Made by a program: the position numbers and the translations under genes | Notes under the pieces: model-generated | Database searches by the model: none | What the model was told of the DNA's origin: nothing | The model's input: the letters and a program-made list of their open reading frames with translations, nothing else | Origin: an uncultured Erysipelotrichia bacterium | GTDB lineage: Bacteria; Bacillota_I; Bacilli_A; CAYWJS01 | NCBI GenBank assembly: GCA_964458855.1 | Contig: CAYWJS010000003.1 | Coordinates: forward strand, 1,957 to 65,956 | Direction: 5' to 3' | Length of the DNA: 64,000 bases | Shown: positions 1 to 9,856 of the stretch, in pieces | Numbering within the stretch: the first letter of the stretch is position 1 | How the letters are laid out: each line of letters begins with the position of its first letter

Positions 1-293
1 CTACAGACAGTCATTATATTGATATTAAATCTGAGTTAGCAGACTGTAATAATTCCTTAATTCCTATAGTCCATAAATGGGCTGAATTTAATAAAGATTT
101 ACTTAGATGTTATTTCATTGATTGGAAAAGCTGCTATATTAACCAGAATGTATTGGATGGAACTCAATGGGAGCTTAATGTTACATTTGATAATGGTACA
201 ACAATTAAGCGTTATGGCAGTAATGCCTATCCACCCCATTGGGAAAAATTGATTGCGGCGTTTCATAAATACGGATTGCCTATAATTAGATGA
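1..293 (+). CDS. Partial CDS (C-terminal fragment, 5' end outside window), hypothetical protein; stop TGA at 291-293, 16 nt upstream of mcrB
   Basis: Open frame from window edge translating ...NGTTIKRYGSNAYPPHWEKLIAAFHKYGLPIIR*; same strand and GC-richer composition as mcrBC; no family recognised. Confidence 0.4.
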   Translation, partial: TDSHYIDIKSELADCNNSLIPIVHKWAEFNKDLLRCYFIDWKSCYINQNVLDGTQWELNVTFDNGTTIKRYGSNAYPPHWEKLIAAFHKYGLPIIR

Positions 294-309
294 TTAGAGG
301 TGAAAAGAT

Positions 310-2919
310 ATGGATTCAAATATTCAATTAAAAAATCAATTTGCCTGGACTTCTTTTTATATGGAGTTTGCTGATAAACTGTTGCCATATAAAAATAATC
401 GTTCGCACCTTCTTGAGTTGTTAAAAGACGTTTATAACGATTTAGGATTGCGCTATCCGTTTATAGAAAAGGACGGTATGCTGATTGACGATATTTGCCC
501 GTTTACCGTATTTGGCTGTTTTAATAAAGGGATTTCCAATGAAAATCGTATTGCTTTGATGAAAGGCATTGGCAGTAAACTCGGTGTTAAGACTTCAGTG
601 CCTACAGAATTTGACGGCATTCCGGTACTTAACAACATGAAGGCTTGGTTTTTCGCCGGTAAAAGTGAGCGAAAAGAAGATGACATTCCCAACCTATGGG
701 ACACATTTGAAGCCGGATTAAACTATGCAGACAATCCGTCAGAAGTCTCCAAGTCAGCATTTATAGCCTGTTATGATAAAGTAAGAAAGCAATTTGGAAT
801 TAAGTGGAATTTAACTATGGGACTGTATTGGATACGCCCCTTTTCCTACTTAAACCTTGATGATCGTAACAGAAGTTATCTGACACAAGATAGCTCTCCT
901 TATTATGCAAGTATTACTAAAATTTCTAACTTAAAGCAGCCTCCAAGTGCAAAAACCTATTTAGATCTCATTACTGTATGTAAAGAAATCTTTGCAAAGA
1001 GCGACAGTCCTTATCACAGTTTTCCCGAACTGTCCCACATAGCATGGGCTACAACAACTTCGGGAGCACGGAATAACAATATCACTTCAACCGCTAATAA
1101 AAAAATAGGCTGGATTTTTCAAGGTAATCCTAAATACTATGATGTTATGGGTGCTATTAAGGATCTTGATGTTGTAACATGGAGCGTAAAGCAATACCAA
1201 AACCAGATCAAAAAAGGCGATCGCGCTTATATATGGGTTTCAGGCCCTGAGGGTGGCATTGTTGCTTCAGGAGTTATTCTCTGTGACCCAGAAATCAGGG
1301 AAAATAATGAGCCTGACCCCTATGATCTTTCTGGCGATATAAGTACAGGAGAACGTCTTGTCGTAGATATTGAACTTACCCAAAAAATAACGGATGCTGT
1401 TATTAAGAGAGAAGATTTCTTAGCGGATGAACGCCTAAAAAACGCAAATATTATTTCTTTCCCAAATGTAACAAATTCTAGATTGACTTCCGAGCAGGCC
1501 GATGTTATAGACAGCATTATCAACGGCACCTATATACGTATAGAGCCAAAGAATTCAGATGAAACATCAGCCCCTTTAAGACGATACTGGATTTATGCCC
1601 CCGGCAGCAATTCTTCCAAATGGGAAGAGTTTTACTCTCAAGGAATTATGGGTATTGGATGGGATGAATTAGGCGACCTTAAACAATACCCCAGCAAAGA
1701 TGCCATGAAAGCCAAAATGAAGGAACTGTATGGCGCTGAATACTCATATATTAACTCAGTCCTTGCCACATGGCAGTTTGCTAATGAGATTAAAGTCGGC
1801 GATATTGTTTATGCAAAAAAAGGCATGCATAAAGTAATCGGGCGTGGCATAGTTGAATCCGACTATATTTTTAACGCAGATCGCGATGAGTATAAACATA
1901 TTCGTAAAATCAAATGGACACATAACGGGGAGTGGGAACACCCGGGACAAGCTGTCATGAAAACCCTTACCGACATAACTCCTTATACTGATTATGTACA
2001 AAAACTAGAAGCGCTCTTTATTGATGATGACTCTGTAGATATTGAAGAAAAAGAAATTGTGTATGAGTCCTACACCGAAGATAACTTCCTCAATGAAGTT
2101 TTCATGGATGCCGAACGTTACAATACTTTGGTTAATCTCTTAAAAACCAAGAAAAACATCATCCTGCAAGGAGCGCCCGGCGTTGGTAAAACTTTTGCTG
2201 CCAAAAGACTTGCTTTTTCCATAATGGGGCAAAAAGATACAAGCCGCGTTATGATGGTTCAATTCCATCAAAGTTACAGCTATGAAGACTTTATTATGGG
2301 ATTCCGGCCAACCAAAGACGGATTTGAGCTTACCCCCGGGCCTTTTTACCAGTTCTGCAAAACAGCACAGGATGACGATGAACGGGATTATTTCTTTATC
2401 ATTGACGAAATTAACCGCGGCAATGTAAGCAAAATTTTTGGTGAGTTGATGATGCTTATAGAAAAGGAAAAACGCGGTGAAAAACTACGCCTTCTTTACT
2501 CCAACGAGTTATTTTCTGTTCCCAAAAATCTCTACATTATCGGTATGATGAATACTGCCGACCGCAGCCTTGCCATAATCGATTATGCTTTGAGAAGAAG
2601 ATTCGCTTTCTTTGAACTCGAGCCTGCTTTTGACTCTGAAGGATTTAAAAAAATTATACAGCAAGCAAACAACCCCAAGTTTAATGCCCTGGTTGAGCAA
2701 ATTAAAGCTTTGAATGACTTTATCTGCAAGGATGAATCCCTTGGCAGTGGGTTCAGAATTGGACACAGTTATCTGTGCACAAATAGTGAGGTAACCGACG
2801 AATGGCTGGAATCCGTTATTAAGTATGAATTGTTGCCTCTTTTAAACGAATATTGGTTTGACGAACCATCCAAAATAGAACAGTGGACAAAAAGGCTGAG
2901 TGAGGTTTTATATGATTAG
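310..2919 (+). CDS. mcrB: McrB-like AAA+ GTPase subunit of a type IV (modification-dependent) restriction system, with a long N-terminal extension carrying two PUA-like (EVE/YTH-type) reader domains
   Basis: ORF track 869 aa; Walker A GAPGVGKT (nt ~2170-2193), McrB signature MMNTADRS, RBS GAGGTG before ATG; N-terminal segments with W/GD/G-rich beta-barrel-like pattern. Confidence 0.85.
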   Translation: MDSNIQLKNQFAWTSFYMEFADKLLPYKNNRSHLLELLKDVYNDLGLRYPFIEKDGMLIDDICPFTVFGCFNKGISNENRIALMKGIGSKLGVKTSVPTEFDGIPVLNNMKAWFFAGKSERKEDDIPNLWDTFEAGLNYADNPSEVSKSAFIACYDKVRKQFGIKWNLTMGLYWIRPFSYLNLDDRNRSYLTQDSSPYYASITKISNLKQPPSAKTYLDLITVCKEIFAKSDSPYHSFPELSHIAWATTTSGARNNNITSTANKKIGWIFQGNPKYYDVMGAIKDLDVVTWSVKQYQNQIKKGDRAYIWVSGPEGGIVASGVILCDPEIRENNEPDPYDLSGDISTGERLVVDIELTQKITDAVIKREDFLADERLKNANIISFPNVTNSRLTSEQADVIDSIINGTYIRIEPKNSDETSAPLRRYWIYAPGSNSSKWEEFYSQGIMGIGWDELGDLKQYPSKDAMKAKMKELYGAEYSYINSVLATWQFANEIKVGDIVYAKKGMHKVIGRGIVESDYIFNADRDEYKHIRKIKWTHNGEWEHPGQAVMKTLTDITPYTDYVQKLEALFIDDDSVDIEEKEIVYESYTEDNFLNEVFMDAERYNTLVNLLKTKKNIILQGAPGVGKTFAAKRLAFSIMGQKDTSRVMMVQFHQSYSYEDFIMGFRPTKDGFELTPGPFYQFCKTAQDDDERDYFFIIDEINRGNVSKIFGELMMLIEKEKRGEKLRLLYSNELFSVPKNLYIIGMMNTADRSLAIIDYALRRRFAFFELEPAFDSEGFKKIIQQANNPKFNALVEQIKALNDFICKDESLGSGFRIGHSYLCTNSEVTDEWLESVIKYELLPLLNEYWFDEPSKIEQWTKRLSEVLYD

Positions 2920-3946
2920 AATTCAAAATATATACTATATGCTTGCTTATGCTTTTCATGTCTTAAATGAAGAAGGCTATAAACAAGTAGCAACTGAAGA
3001 TTTCGAATATACTTCTGATTTATTTGCAGCAATTCTTTCCAAAGGTATTGCCAGCCAAATCAAAAGGGGATTAAGTAGGGAGTATATCAGCAAAACAGAA
3101 GCCGTTATTTCACCTACAGGTAAAATCAATGTCTCAGCCTCCATTGTACAGAATTCCATGCTTAAAAAGAAACTGGTCTGTGATTATGATGAGTTTACAG
3201 AAAACAGTTACTTGAATAAAATACTCAAAACCACTGCAATGCTTTTGATACGCTGTCCGGAAGTATCAACGCAGCATAAAAAAGCCTTAAGGAAAACAAT
3301 GCTTTATTTCAGTAATGTTGATGAAATAAATCCGCGCAGAATTCAATGGTCGAGTATCAGATACCATAGGAATAATGCCACCTATAAAATGCTGCTGAAT
3401 ATCTGCTATCTAGTTATCGAAGGTATGCTAATGACCGAGCAGGACGGTTCCCGAAAGTTGGCCCGCTATGTAGACGACCAGCGTATGCCCAGGCTTTATG
3501 AAAAATTTGTGTTGGAATATTATCGTAGGCATTATCCCCAGTTTAATGCTTCATCCACCATTATTGACTGGGATGTCGACGGTGGAGAAATAGAATATTT
3601 ACCTACTATGAAATCAGATATAACTCTTCGATATCGGGGCAAAACACTCATTATAGACACAAAATACTATAAGAAGACCATGCAGATAAACAGCTTGTTC
3701 AACAGCCGAACAATCCATTCTCACAATTTGTATCAGATATTTACTTATGTAAAAAACATGGATTTAGCTCGTTCGGGAAATATAAGCGGCCTTTTGCTTT
3801 ATGCCAAAACTGATGAAGATATTGTACCGGACAACGATTATATTATCGGCGGTAATCGTATTAGCGTTAAAACTTTGGACTTGAATACTGACTTTTCCAA
3901 CATATCAAAACAGTTGAACGCAATAGTAGAAAAGATGTTATTATAA
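2912..3946 (+). CDS. mcrC: McrC-like nuclease subunit (PD-(D/E)xK) of the McrBC system
   Basis: ORF track 2900..3946 starts at GTG; more likely ATG at 2912 with RBS GAGGT, overlapping mcrB stop (ATGATTAG); N-terminal IRIQNIYYMLAYAF typical of McrC; catalytic-like motif IIDTKYYKK. Confidence 0.8.
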   Translation: MIRIQNIYYMLAYAFHVLNEEGYKQVATEDFEYTSDLFAAILSKGIASQIKRGLSREYISKTEAVISPTGKINVSASIVQNSMLKKKLVCDYDEFTENSYLNKILKTTAMLLIRCPEVSTQHKKALRKTMLYFSNVDEINPRRIQWSSIRYHRNNATYKMLLNICYLVIEGMLMTEQDGSRKLARYVDDQRMPRLYEKFVLEYYRRHYPQFNASSTIIDWDVDGGEIEYLPTMKSDITLRYRGKTLIIDTKYYKKTMQINSLFNSRTIHSHNLYQIFTYVKNMDLARSGNISGLLLYAKTDEDIVPDNDYIIGGNRISVKTLDLNTDFSNISKQLNAIVEKMLL

Positions 3947-4002
3947 TCATGTGTTTTATCGCATAAAGATAATAAGCAGTAATACATCCATCCTGTATCC
4001 TC

Positions 4003-4025
4003 AACCCCCTATAAAAAAGGGGGTT
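4003..4025 (+). terminator. Hairpin downstream of mcrC (aaccccc-loop-gggggtt), putative intrinsic terminator
   Basis: Inverted repeat read directly; T-tract after the stem is weak. Confidence 0.35.
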
Positions 4026-4279
4026 ATCTAATCTGGTAACTCAACTATTAATTTTCAGGGTGGTTGATATGTTCCCGCAAACAATAAAAATAAGGGTTTC
4101 CTGACATTGCCTCATTCGGCAGATCGGCCTCGAGAAAAACTAAATGTCTGGAAACCCTTTATTTACAAGCATTTTTAACTTTCTATTTATCTACCCTTGT
4201 CATCAATACCACGCACTCAACATGGTATGTAAATTTATTTTCACCAATTTTTGTAATTATTACGCGTGATAAAATACAT

Positions 4280-4564
4280 TCATTCGCTACCATCTATTGA
4301 ATCTTTAATAATATCTATATAATTCTGTTCTTTTATATCTGTATATAATACTTCTTTCTTTTCTCCAATATCAGTTGGTAAAAGATTAGTATTATTTGTT
4401 AAATATATTTGGGCTTGCTTTACTAATAGCTCTTCATTCCTACGAAAAGCATTAAAACGATTCTTTTGAATAAGTGATGAAAAACTTGGGATTGCTATTG
4501 CAAGAATCAAACCCAGAATAACAATAACTGCAAGAAGTTCAATTAAAGTAAAACCTCGACTCAT
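4280..4564 (-). CDS. Prepilin-type N-terminal cleavage/methylation domain protein (type IV pilin or ComGC-like pseudopilin)
   Basis: 94 aa; MSRG|FTLIELLAVIVILGLILAIAIPS class III signal/hydrophobic helix; strong RBS AGGAGG; ends with TGA stop. Confidence 0.7.
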   Translation of the reverse strand: MSRGFTLIELLAVIVILGLILAIAIPSFSSLIQKNRFNAFRRNEELLVKQAQIYLTNNTNLLPTDIGEKKEVLYTDIKEQNYIDIIKDSIDGSE

Positions 4565-4631
4565 AATGCTTCCTCCTCATTAAGTTTCAAATTAATATTA
4601 GCGCAAAAACCATCATAAATAAACATTTGCA

Positions 4632-4663
4632 CTTAAAATAAAAAGCCAAAATTTATTTTTGGC
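4632..4663 (-). terminator. Rho-independent terminator after rpe
   Basis: Stem agccaaaa/ttttggct with loop, followed by a T-run on the minus strand. Confidence 0.55.
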
Positions 4664-4667
4664 TTAG

Positions 4668-5321
4668 TTATTTATTTCGTAATGAATTAATTGCCCCTTC
4701 TAAATTATTTTGTTTCAATAAATAATTACCAGATACTAAGATATCGGCACCACTTTCAATTGCAAGAGGAGCGGTAATATTATTAATTCCTCCATCTACT
4801 TCAATCAAAACATCTAAATTGTTTTTAATAATTTCTTTCTTTGCTTCCTTTATTTTTTCTAAAGAAAATTTTATAAACTCTTGACCACCTTTTCCTGGTT
4901 CAACTGACATAATTAATAATAAGTCAATTTCTTTTAATAAGTGTTTTATTTCAGAAACACTTGTTTTTGGTTTAATTGAAATACCACATTTTATTTTTTC
5001 TTTTTTTATCATTTTAATTAAATTATAGATATTATTCTTTATTGCTGCTTCATAATGAAAAGTTATAATTTCTGGTTTTATTTCAATATATTCTTTAATT
5101 TTTTCTTCCAAACTTTCAATCATTAAATGAACATCTAATTTCTTTTTGGATATTTTTTTTACCTTTTTTATAAGATCAATAGGAAAAGTTTTATTAGGAA
5201 CAAATTTTCCGTCCATAACATCAATATGAATATATTCACATGAGGTATTATTAAGAGAGTTTATAGTTTCTTCAATCTTATTAAAATCTGTTGAAAGAAT
5301 TGATGGAGAAATTTTTACCAT
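4668..5321 (-). CDS. rpe: Ribulose-phosphate 3-epimerase
   Basis: 217 aa; HIDVMDGKFVPN and overall Rpe pattern. Confidence 0.9.
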   Translation of the reverse strand: MVKISPSILSTDFNKIEETINSLNNTSCEYIHIDVMDGKFVPNKTFPIDLIKKVKKISKKKLDVHLMIESLEEKIKEYIEIKPEIITFHYEAAIKNNIYNLIKMIKKEKIKCGISIKPKTSVSEIKHLLKEIDLLLIMSVEPGKGGQEFIKFSLEKIKEAKKEIIKNNLDVLIEVDGGINNITAPLAIESGADILVSGNYLLKQNNLEGAINSLRNK

Positions 5322-5322
5322 A

Positions 5323-6195
5323 TTAATACCTCGGCTTTCTCTGTTTTATTTCTTCTGCAAATTTTAAGTAATTCTCATATCTACTAGATAAAATTCTTCC
5401 TTCTTCTAGTAGTTTTTTTATATTACAACCATCTTCTTCTATATGATTACAATTGCGATACTTACATTCACTTGCATTATCAAAAAATTCAGGGAAACTG
5501 TTACGTAAATCTTCTAGTTCTAATTCATTAAAATCAAGTTTTGAAAATCCTGGAGTATCTGCAACAAGTCCCCCTTGAATATTAATTAATTCAACATGAC
5601 GAGTAGTATGACGTCCTCTTCCTAAAGTTTTTGAAATAGGGCTTGTTTTAAGTTTAAAATTTTTATCTAAAGCATTTAATATACTACTTTTTCCTACCCC
5701 ACTTTGACCTGCAAGTACTGTTATTTTATCTTTAAATAAATTATTTAAAAGATTTATATTTTCTTTTGTTTTTGTTGATACCAATGTTGTTTTATAACCT
5801 ATATTTTCATAGTAATTTGCAAGGCTTTCTAAATTTTTTCGCTCTTTTTCGTTTAAAAGATCAATTTTATTAATAATAACAACCACATCAATATTTTTAA
5901 ACGTTACTGTTACTAGTATCTTATCTAATAAATTTAAACTTAATTCTGGTTCTTTTGCACTCATTACAACTATTGCTTGATCAACATTTGCAATAGGTGG
6001 TCTGATAAGAAAGTTTTTACGTGGAAGAAGTTCCATAATATAACCTTCTTTTTCATTAAACTTCACATAATCGCCAACTAGTAGTTTTATATTATCTTTT
6101 CGAAAAACTCCTCGACCTCGGCAAAAATATATTTTACTATCTGCAAGAACCAGAAAATTTCCGCTATCAGATTTTGTTATTATTCCTTTTATCAT
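5323..6195 (-). CDS. rsgA: Ribosome small-subunit-dependent GTPase A (RsgA/CpgA)
   Basis: GQSGVGKSSILNAL P-loop, C-terminal Cys/His zinc finger; ORF track extends to 6273 but overlaps prkC, so start taken at the internal Met just after the prkC stop. Confidence 0.85.
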   Translation of the reverse strand: MIKGIITKSDSGNFLVLADSKIYFCRGRGVFRKDNIKLLVGDYVKFNEKEGYIMELLPRKNFLIRPPIANVDQAIVVMSAKEPELSLNLLDKILVTVTFKNIDVVVIINKIDLLNEKERKNLESLANYYENIGYKTTLVSTKTKENINLLNNLFKDKITVLAGQSGVGKSSILNALDKNFKLKTSPISKTLGRGRHTTRHVELINIQGGLVADTPGFSKLDFNELELEDLRNSFPEFFDNASECKYRNCNHIEEDGCNIKKLLEEGRILSSRYENYLKFAEEIKQRKPRY

Positions 6196-6196
6196 A

Positions 6197-7981
6197 TTAT
6201 TCAGATTCATCTTCTGAAATTTCTTCCCCTTCTTCTGGAAATTCTGGTATTTCTTCTTCTGGGGCAAGGGCAATTTGAACTCTTAATGACGCACCTTTTA
6301 CAATATTTGTTCCTGGAGGTCTGTCTTGCCAAATAACAGTATCTGGTTCATGCTCTAATGTTTCAACATATTCAATACTTAGTTTCAACTCGTAATCTTC
6401 AGCAAATGCTTTTACCGCTTCTTCCGTCCAACCCTCTGCCATCATATCAGGGTATTTTAAAATCACATCTGGAATATATAAAGTTATTTCATCACCTGGT
6501 TTTAATAAGGTTCCTGGCTTTACAGATTGCCTAATAATTAAATCTGGATTAATACTTTTATCTTTTACTTCTTCTTTTTCAATAAAAACATTCAAACCAT
6601 ATATTTCCTCAAGTCTAACTTTTACAACATCATAATCTTGACCAACATAATCTTCAATTTCAATAGTTAGTTTTCCTTTTGATTCATAAATAATAACTTT
6701 TGTATTTTTCTTTACTGTTCTACCAGCTCGTGGACTAGTTCTTGTTACTAATCCCTTTTCAATTGTTTCGCTGTATTCTGATATAACTTCAAGTTCAACA
6801 TCAAGACCAGCATTTATCAATTTACGCTCCGCTTCAACAACACTCATTCCTGAAACATCAGGTACAACTACTTCTGAAACTTTAAAAATAATTGGAACAA
6901 TAAAGAAAATTAATAATACTAAAGCACATAATCCAGCAAAAATACTTCCTAAAATAATTATTGTTTTTTTATCTTGATTTCTCAAAACTGGTCCCCTACT
7001 TTCTAAAGTTTTTGTCTCTTCTGTTTTTGTTTGTTCTTCCTTTGAAACTTCTTTTTCTTTTTGAATTTTCTCTAATTCTTGTATTAAATCTTTTGTTTTT
7101 CTATTTGTATCAAAATATGCATATTCATATCTATTTTCATTTTCTCTTTGTTCATCAAGAACTGTTTTTAAGTCTTCAAACATTTCTTTCGTTCTATTAT
7201 AGCGATTTTCCTCATTTTTCGCGCAAGCTTTTAAAATTACATTTTCTACACTTTGCGGAATTGCAGGATTTATTTCTCTTACACTTGGAATTGGTTCATT
7301 AATGTGTTTCATGATAACATTTATTGGACTATCTCCATCAAATGGAAGTCTTCCTGTTAAAAGTTCAAACATTAAAATTCCCAAAGAATAAATATCAGAT
7401 TTAATATCAATTTTATCACCTGATGCACGCTCTGGTGCCATGTAATAAACTGAGCCCATTACTGAATCTGTTCGTGTAAGTTTTGAAGCATTTATTGCAA
7501 CAGCTAAACCAAAATCAGTAATTTTTACCGTTCCATCTTTTTGAATAATAATATTTTCTGGTTTTATATCACGATGAACTATTAAAGAAGAGTGAGCTTT
7601 AGAAAGTCCATCTGTCAACTGTTGCATAATGTCAACAACTTCCGTAATAGTTAAAGCTCCTCGCTCTTTAATCAACTTTTTCAATGTTTTTCCTTCAATA
7701 TATTCCATAACAATGTAATAATGACCATTATCTTCTCCGACATCGTAAATATCTACGATGTTTTTATGATGGAGGCTACTTGCTGATAAAGCTTCTCTTT
7801 GAAATCTTTTTAAAAAGTCTTCATTTGAAGCAAGTTCTCCTCTAAGAATCTTTATTGCTACCTTGCGATTTAAAACAGTATCATTTGCAAGGTAAACATT
7901 CGCCATACCACCTTCACCTATTAATCTTAAAATTTGATAACGTTCATTAATCATTGTTCCAATTACAAGCATATTACTCAC
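6197..7981 (-). CDS. prkC: Ser/Thr protein kinase with extracellular PASTA repeats (PrkC)
   Basis: 594 aa; kinase motifs HRDIKPENI, DFG, APE; single TM; C-terminal PASTA-like repeats. Confidence 0.9.
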   Translation of the reverse strand: MSNMLVIGTMINERYQILRLIGEGGMANVYLANDTVLNRKVAIKILRGELASNEDFLKRFQREALSASSLHHKNIVDIYDVGEDNGHYYIVMEYIEGKTLKKLIKERGALTITEVVDIMQQLTDGLSKAHSSLIVHRDIKPENIIIQKDGTVKITDFGLAVAINASKLTRTDSVMGSVYYMAPERASGDKIDIKSDIYSLGILMFELLTGRLPFDGDSPINVIMKHINEPIPSVREINPAIPQSVENVILKACAKNEENRYNRTKEMFEDLKTVLDEQRENENRYEYAYFDTNRKTKDLIQELEKIQKEKEVSKEEQTKTEETKTLESRGPVLRNQDKKTIIILGSIFAGLCALVLLIFFIVPIIFKVSEVVVPDVSGMSVVEAERKLINAGLDVELEVISEYSETIEKGLVTRTSPRAGRTVKKNTKVIIYESKGKLTIEIEDYVGQDYDVVKVRLEEIYGLNVFIEKEEVKDKSINPDLIIRQSVKPGTLLKPGDEITLYIPDVILKYPDMMAEGWTEEAVKAFAEDYELKLSIEYVETLEHEPDTVIWQDRPPGTNIVKGASLRVQIALAPEEEIPEFPEEGEEISEDESE

Positions 7982-8720
7982 CTACACCCATTTCAATATA
8001 GGCAACTGAAATATTATCAGTGCCACCTTTTTTATTAGCAGTTTTAATTAAATACATAACTTTATCATCTATTTCTAAATTTGCAGTTAAGATATTGTAG
8101 ATTTCACGATTAGTTAGCATCTCTGTTAAACCATCACTACAAAGTAAAAGTCCATCTATTTCTTTTGATACCTCAAAAATATCCATATTTGACTTTAGTC
8201 CTGCCCCCAGTGCTCGCATTAAGACGTTTTTTTGCGGATGATTATGAGCACCTAAGCTGTTAATTTCACCACTTTGAACAAGCATATTTACTAAAGTATG
8301 ATCTGTTGTAACTTGAAGAATATCTTCATCTTTTAAAATGTAAGCCCTACTGTCACCAACATTACCTACTATAATATAATCACGAGTAATAATGGCAGCA
8401 ACTAAAGTTGTTCCCATTCCTTCACAACGGGGATCAAGCTCAATTCTATCAAGGATTAAGTTAGTTATCTCTTTTGCTTCTTGTTTTAGCCAAGCAGCAG
8501 CTTGCTTTTTATCACCAATTGATTCTAATTTTCCCCATTTGCGACTAATATTGCTAATTGCTATTTCAGATGCAATCTCTCCAGCATTATGTCCTCCCAT
8601 TCCATCAGCAACTGCCATTAAATATTCACCAGATAAATTTTTTACAATAATAACACTATCTTCATTATGATTTCTTACTTTTCCAGTATCAGTCGCGTAA
8701 AAAAAATCCACATCAACCAC
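7974..8720 (-). CDS. prpC: PP2C-family Ser/Thr phosphatase (PrpC/Stp)
   Basis: 248 aa; ADGMGGHNAGEIAS motif; 8-nt overlap with prkC as in the conserved operon. Confidence 0.9.
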   Translation of the reverse strand: MVDVDFFYATDTGKVRNHNEDSVIIVKNLSGEYLMAVADGMGGHNAGEIASEIAISNISRKWGKLESIGDKKQAAAWLKQEAKEITNLILDRIELDPRCEGMGTTLVAAIITRDYIIVGNVGDSRAYILKDEDILQVTTDHTLVNMLVQSGEINSLGAHNHPQKNVLMRALGAGLKSNMDIFEVSKEIDGLLLCSDGLTEMLTNREIYNILTANLEIDDKVMYLIKTANKKGGTDNISVAYIEMGVGE

Positions 8721-9755
8721 CTATTTCCTCGTTTCATTAATTCTTAATTGACCACAAGCAGCATTAATATCAGATCCCTTTTCTCTTCTAATTGTAGCAC
8801 TAATTCCGTGTTTTTTCAAAACATCATAAAATTCTAAATACCTTGTTTTTAATGCTCGCTTAAAACCGGTTTCAGCTACATCATTATATGGTATTAAATT
8901 AACATAAGCATTAAGCCCCGAAATTAGCTTTGCAAGTTCTTTGGCATGTTCTAAAGAATCATTAATATCATGAAGTAGAATATATTCAAATGTTACACGC
9001 CGATTAGTTTTTTTAATATAATAACGAACTGCCTTTATAATTTCTTCTATTGGATACACTTTATTTATTCTCATTAATTTATTTCGAATTTCATTATTTG
9101 GAGCATGAAGACTAATGGCAAGATTTACTTGCAATGGAAAATCACTAAACTCATAAATCTTTGGTACAATGCCACATGTTGAAACTGTTATATGACGTGC
9201 TCCAATACCTAAACCTAAAGGATTATTTATAATTTTTATAAATTTCAAAACATTTTCATAATTATCAAAAGGCTCACCAATTCCCATAATAACAACATGT
9301 GAAAGTCGTTCATTATTTTTTACTAACTCTTTTTGAACTTTTATTACTTGTTCTACAATTTCCCCTGCTTTTAAATTTCTTACCTTTCCTTTTAATCCAC
9401 TCGCACAAAACGCGCATCCCATATTACAACCAACTTGGGTTGAAACACAAACGCTTAAACCATAATTATGACGCATTAACACAGTTTCTATTAATGAATC
9501 ATCTGACAGTCTAAATAAGTATTTTTCTGTTTTATCTTCCGACACCATTTTTTTTACAAGTTCTAGTGATGAAATATAAAAATTTTCTTTTAATAAATCT
9601 ATTGTTTCTTTTTTTACATTTTTAATTTCCTCGTAAGAACCAATAAAATTTTGATAAAGCCAATTATATAGTTGTTTAGCAACAAATTTTTTGCTTTCTC
9701 TATTTAATAAAAACTCTTCTAAGTCTTCTAAAGTTAAGCTATAAATACTCTCCAT
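8721..9755 (-). CDS. rlmN: 23S rRNA/tRNA adenine-C2 methyltransferase RlmN (radical SAM)
   Basis: 344 aa; CNMGCAFCASG radical-SAM cluster motif; position upstream of prpC-prkC. Confidence 0.9.
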   Translation of the reverse strand: MESIYSLTLEDLEEFLLNRESKKFVAKQLYNWLYQNFIGSYEEIKNVKKETIDLLKENFYISSLELVKKMVSEDKTEKYLFRLSDDSLIETVLMRHNYGLSVCVSTQVGCNMGCAFCASGLKGKVRNLKAGEIVEQVIKVQKELVKNNERLSHVVIMGIGEPFDNYENVLKFIKIINNPLGLGIGARHITVSTCGIVPKIYEFSDFPLQVNLAISLHAPNNEIRNKLMRINKVYPIEEIIKAVRYYIKKTNRRVTFEYILLHDINDSLEHAKELAKLISGLNAYVNLIPYNDVAETGFKRALKTRYLEFYDVLKKHGISATIRREKGSDINAACGQLRINETRK

Positions 9756-9835
9756 GAAAGCACCTCTTTTATAAGTAAAATTATATCACTAGTTATAATT
9801 TAAAGAAATGCTTTTAGAATATTTTTTAAAAATAA

Positions 9836-9856
9836 AAGGTGTCACTTTGACACCTT
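9836..9856 (-). terminator. Hairpin terminator overlapping the stop codon of the activase gene
   Basis: aaggtgtc/gacacctt stem flanked by A-run and T-run. Confidence 0.5.

Noticed and set aside
6961-7302. 113-aa plus-strand ORF (low-complexity L/F-rich) inside prkC
   Set aside because: Antisense to a strongly supported kinase gene; its composition is the mirror image of the K/E-rich kinase linker, so it is a spurious antisense ORF.
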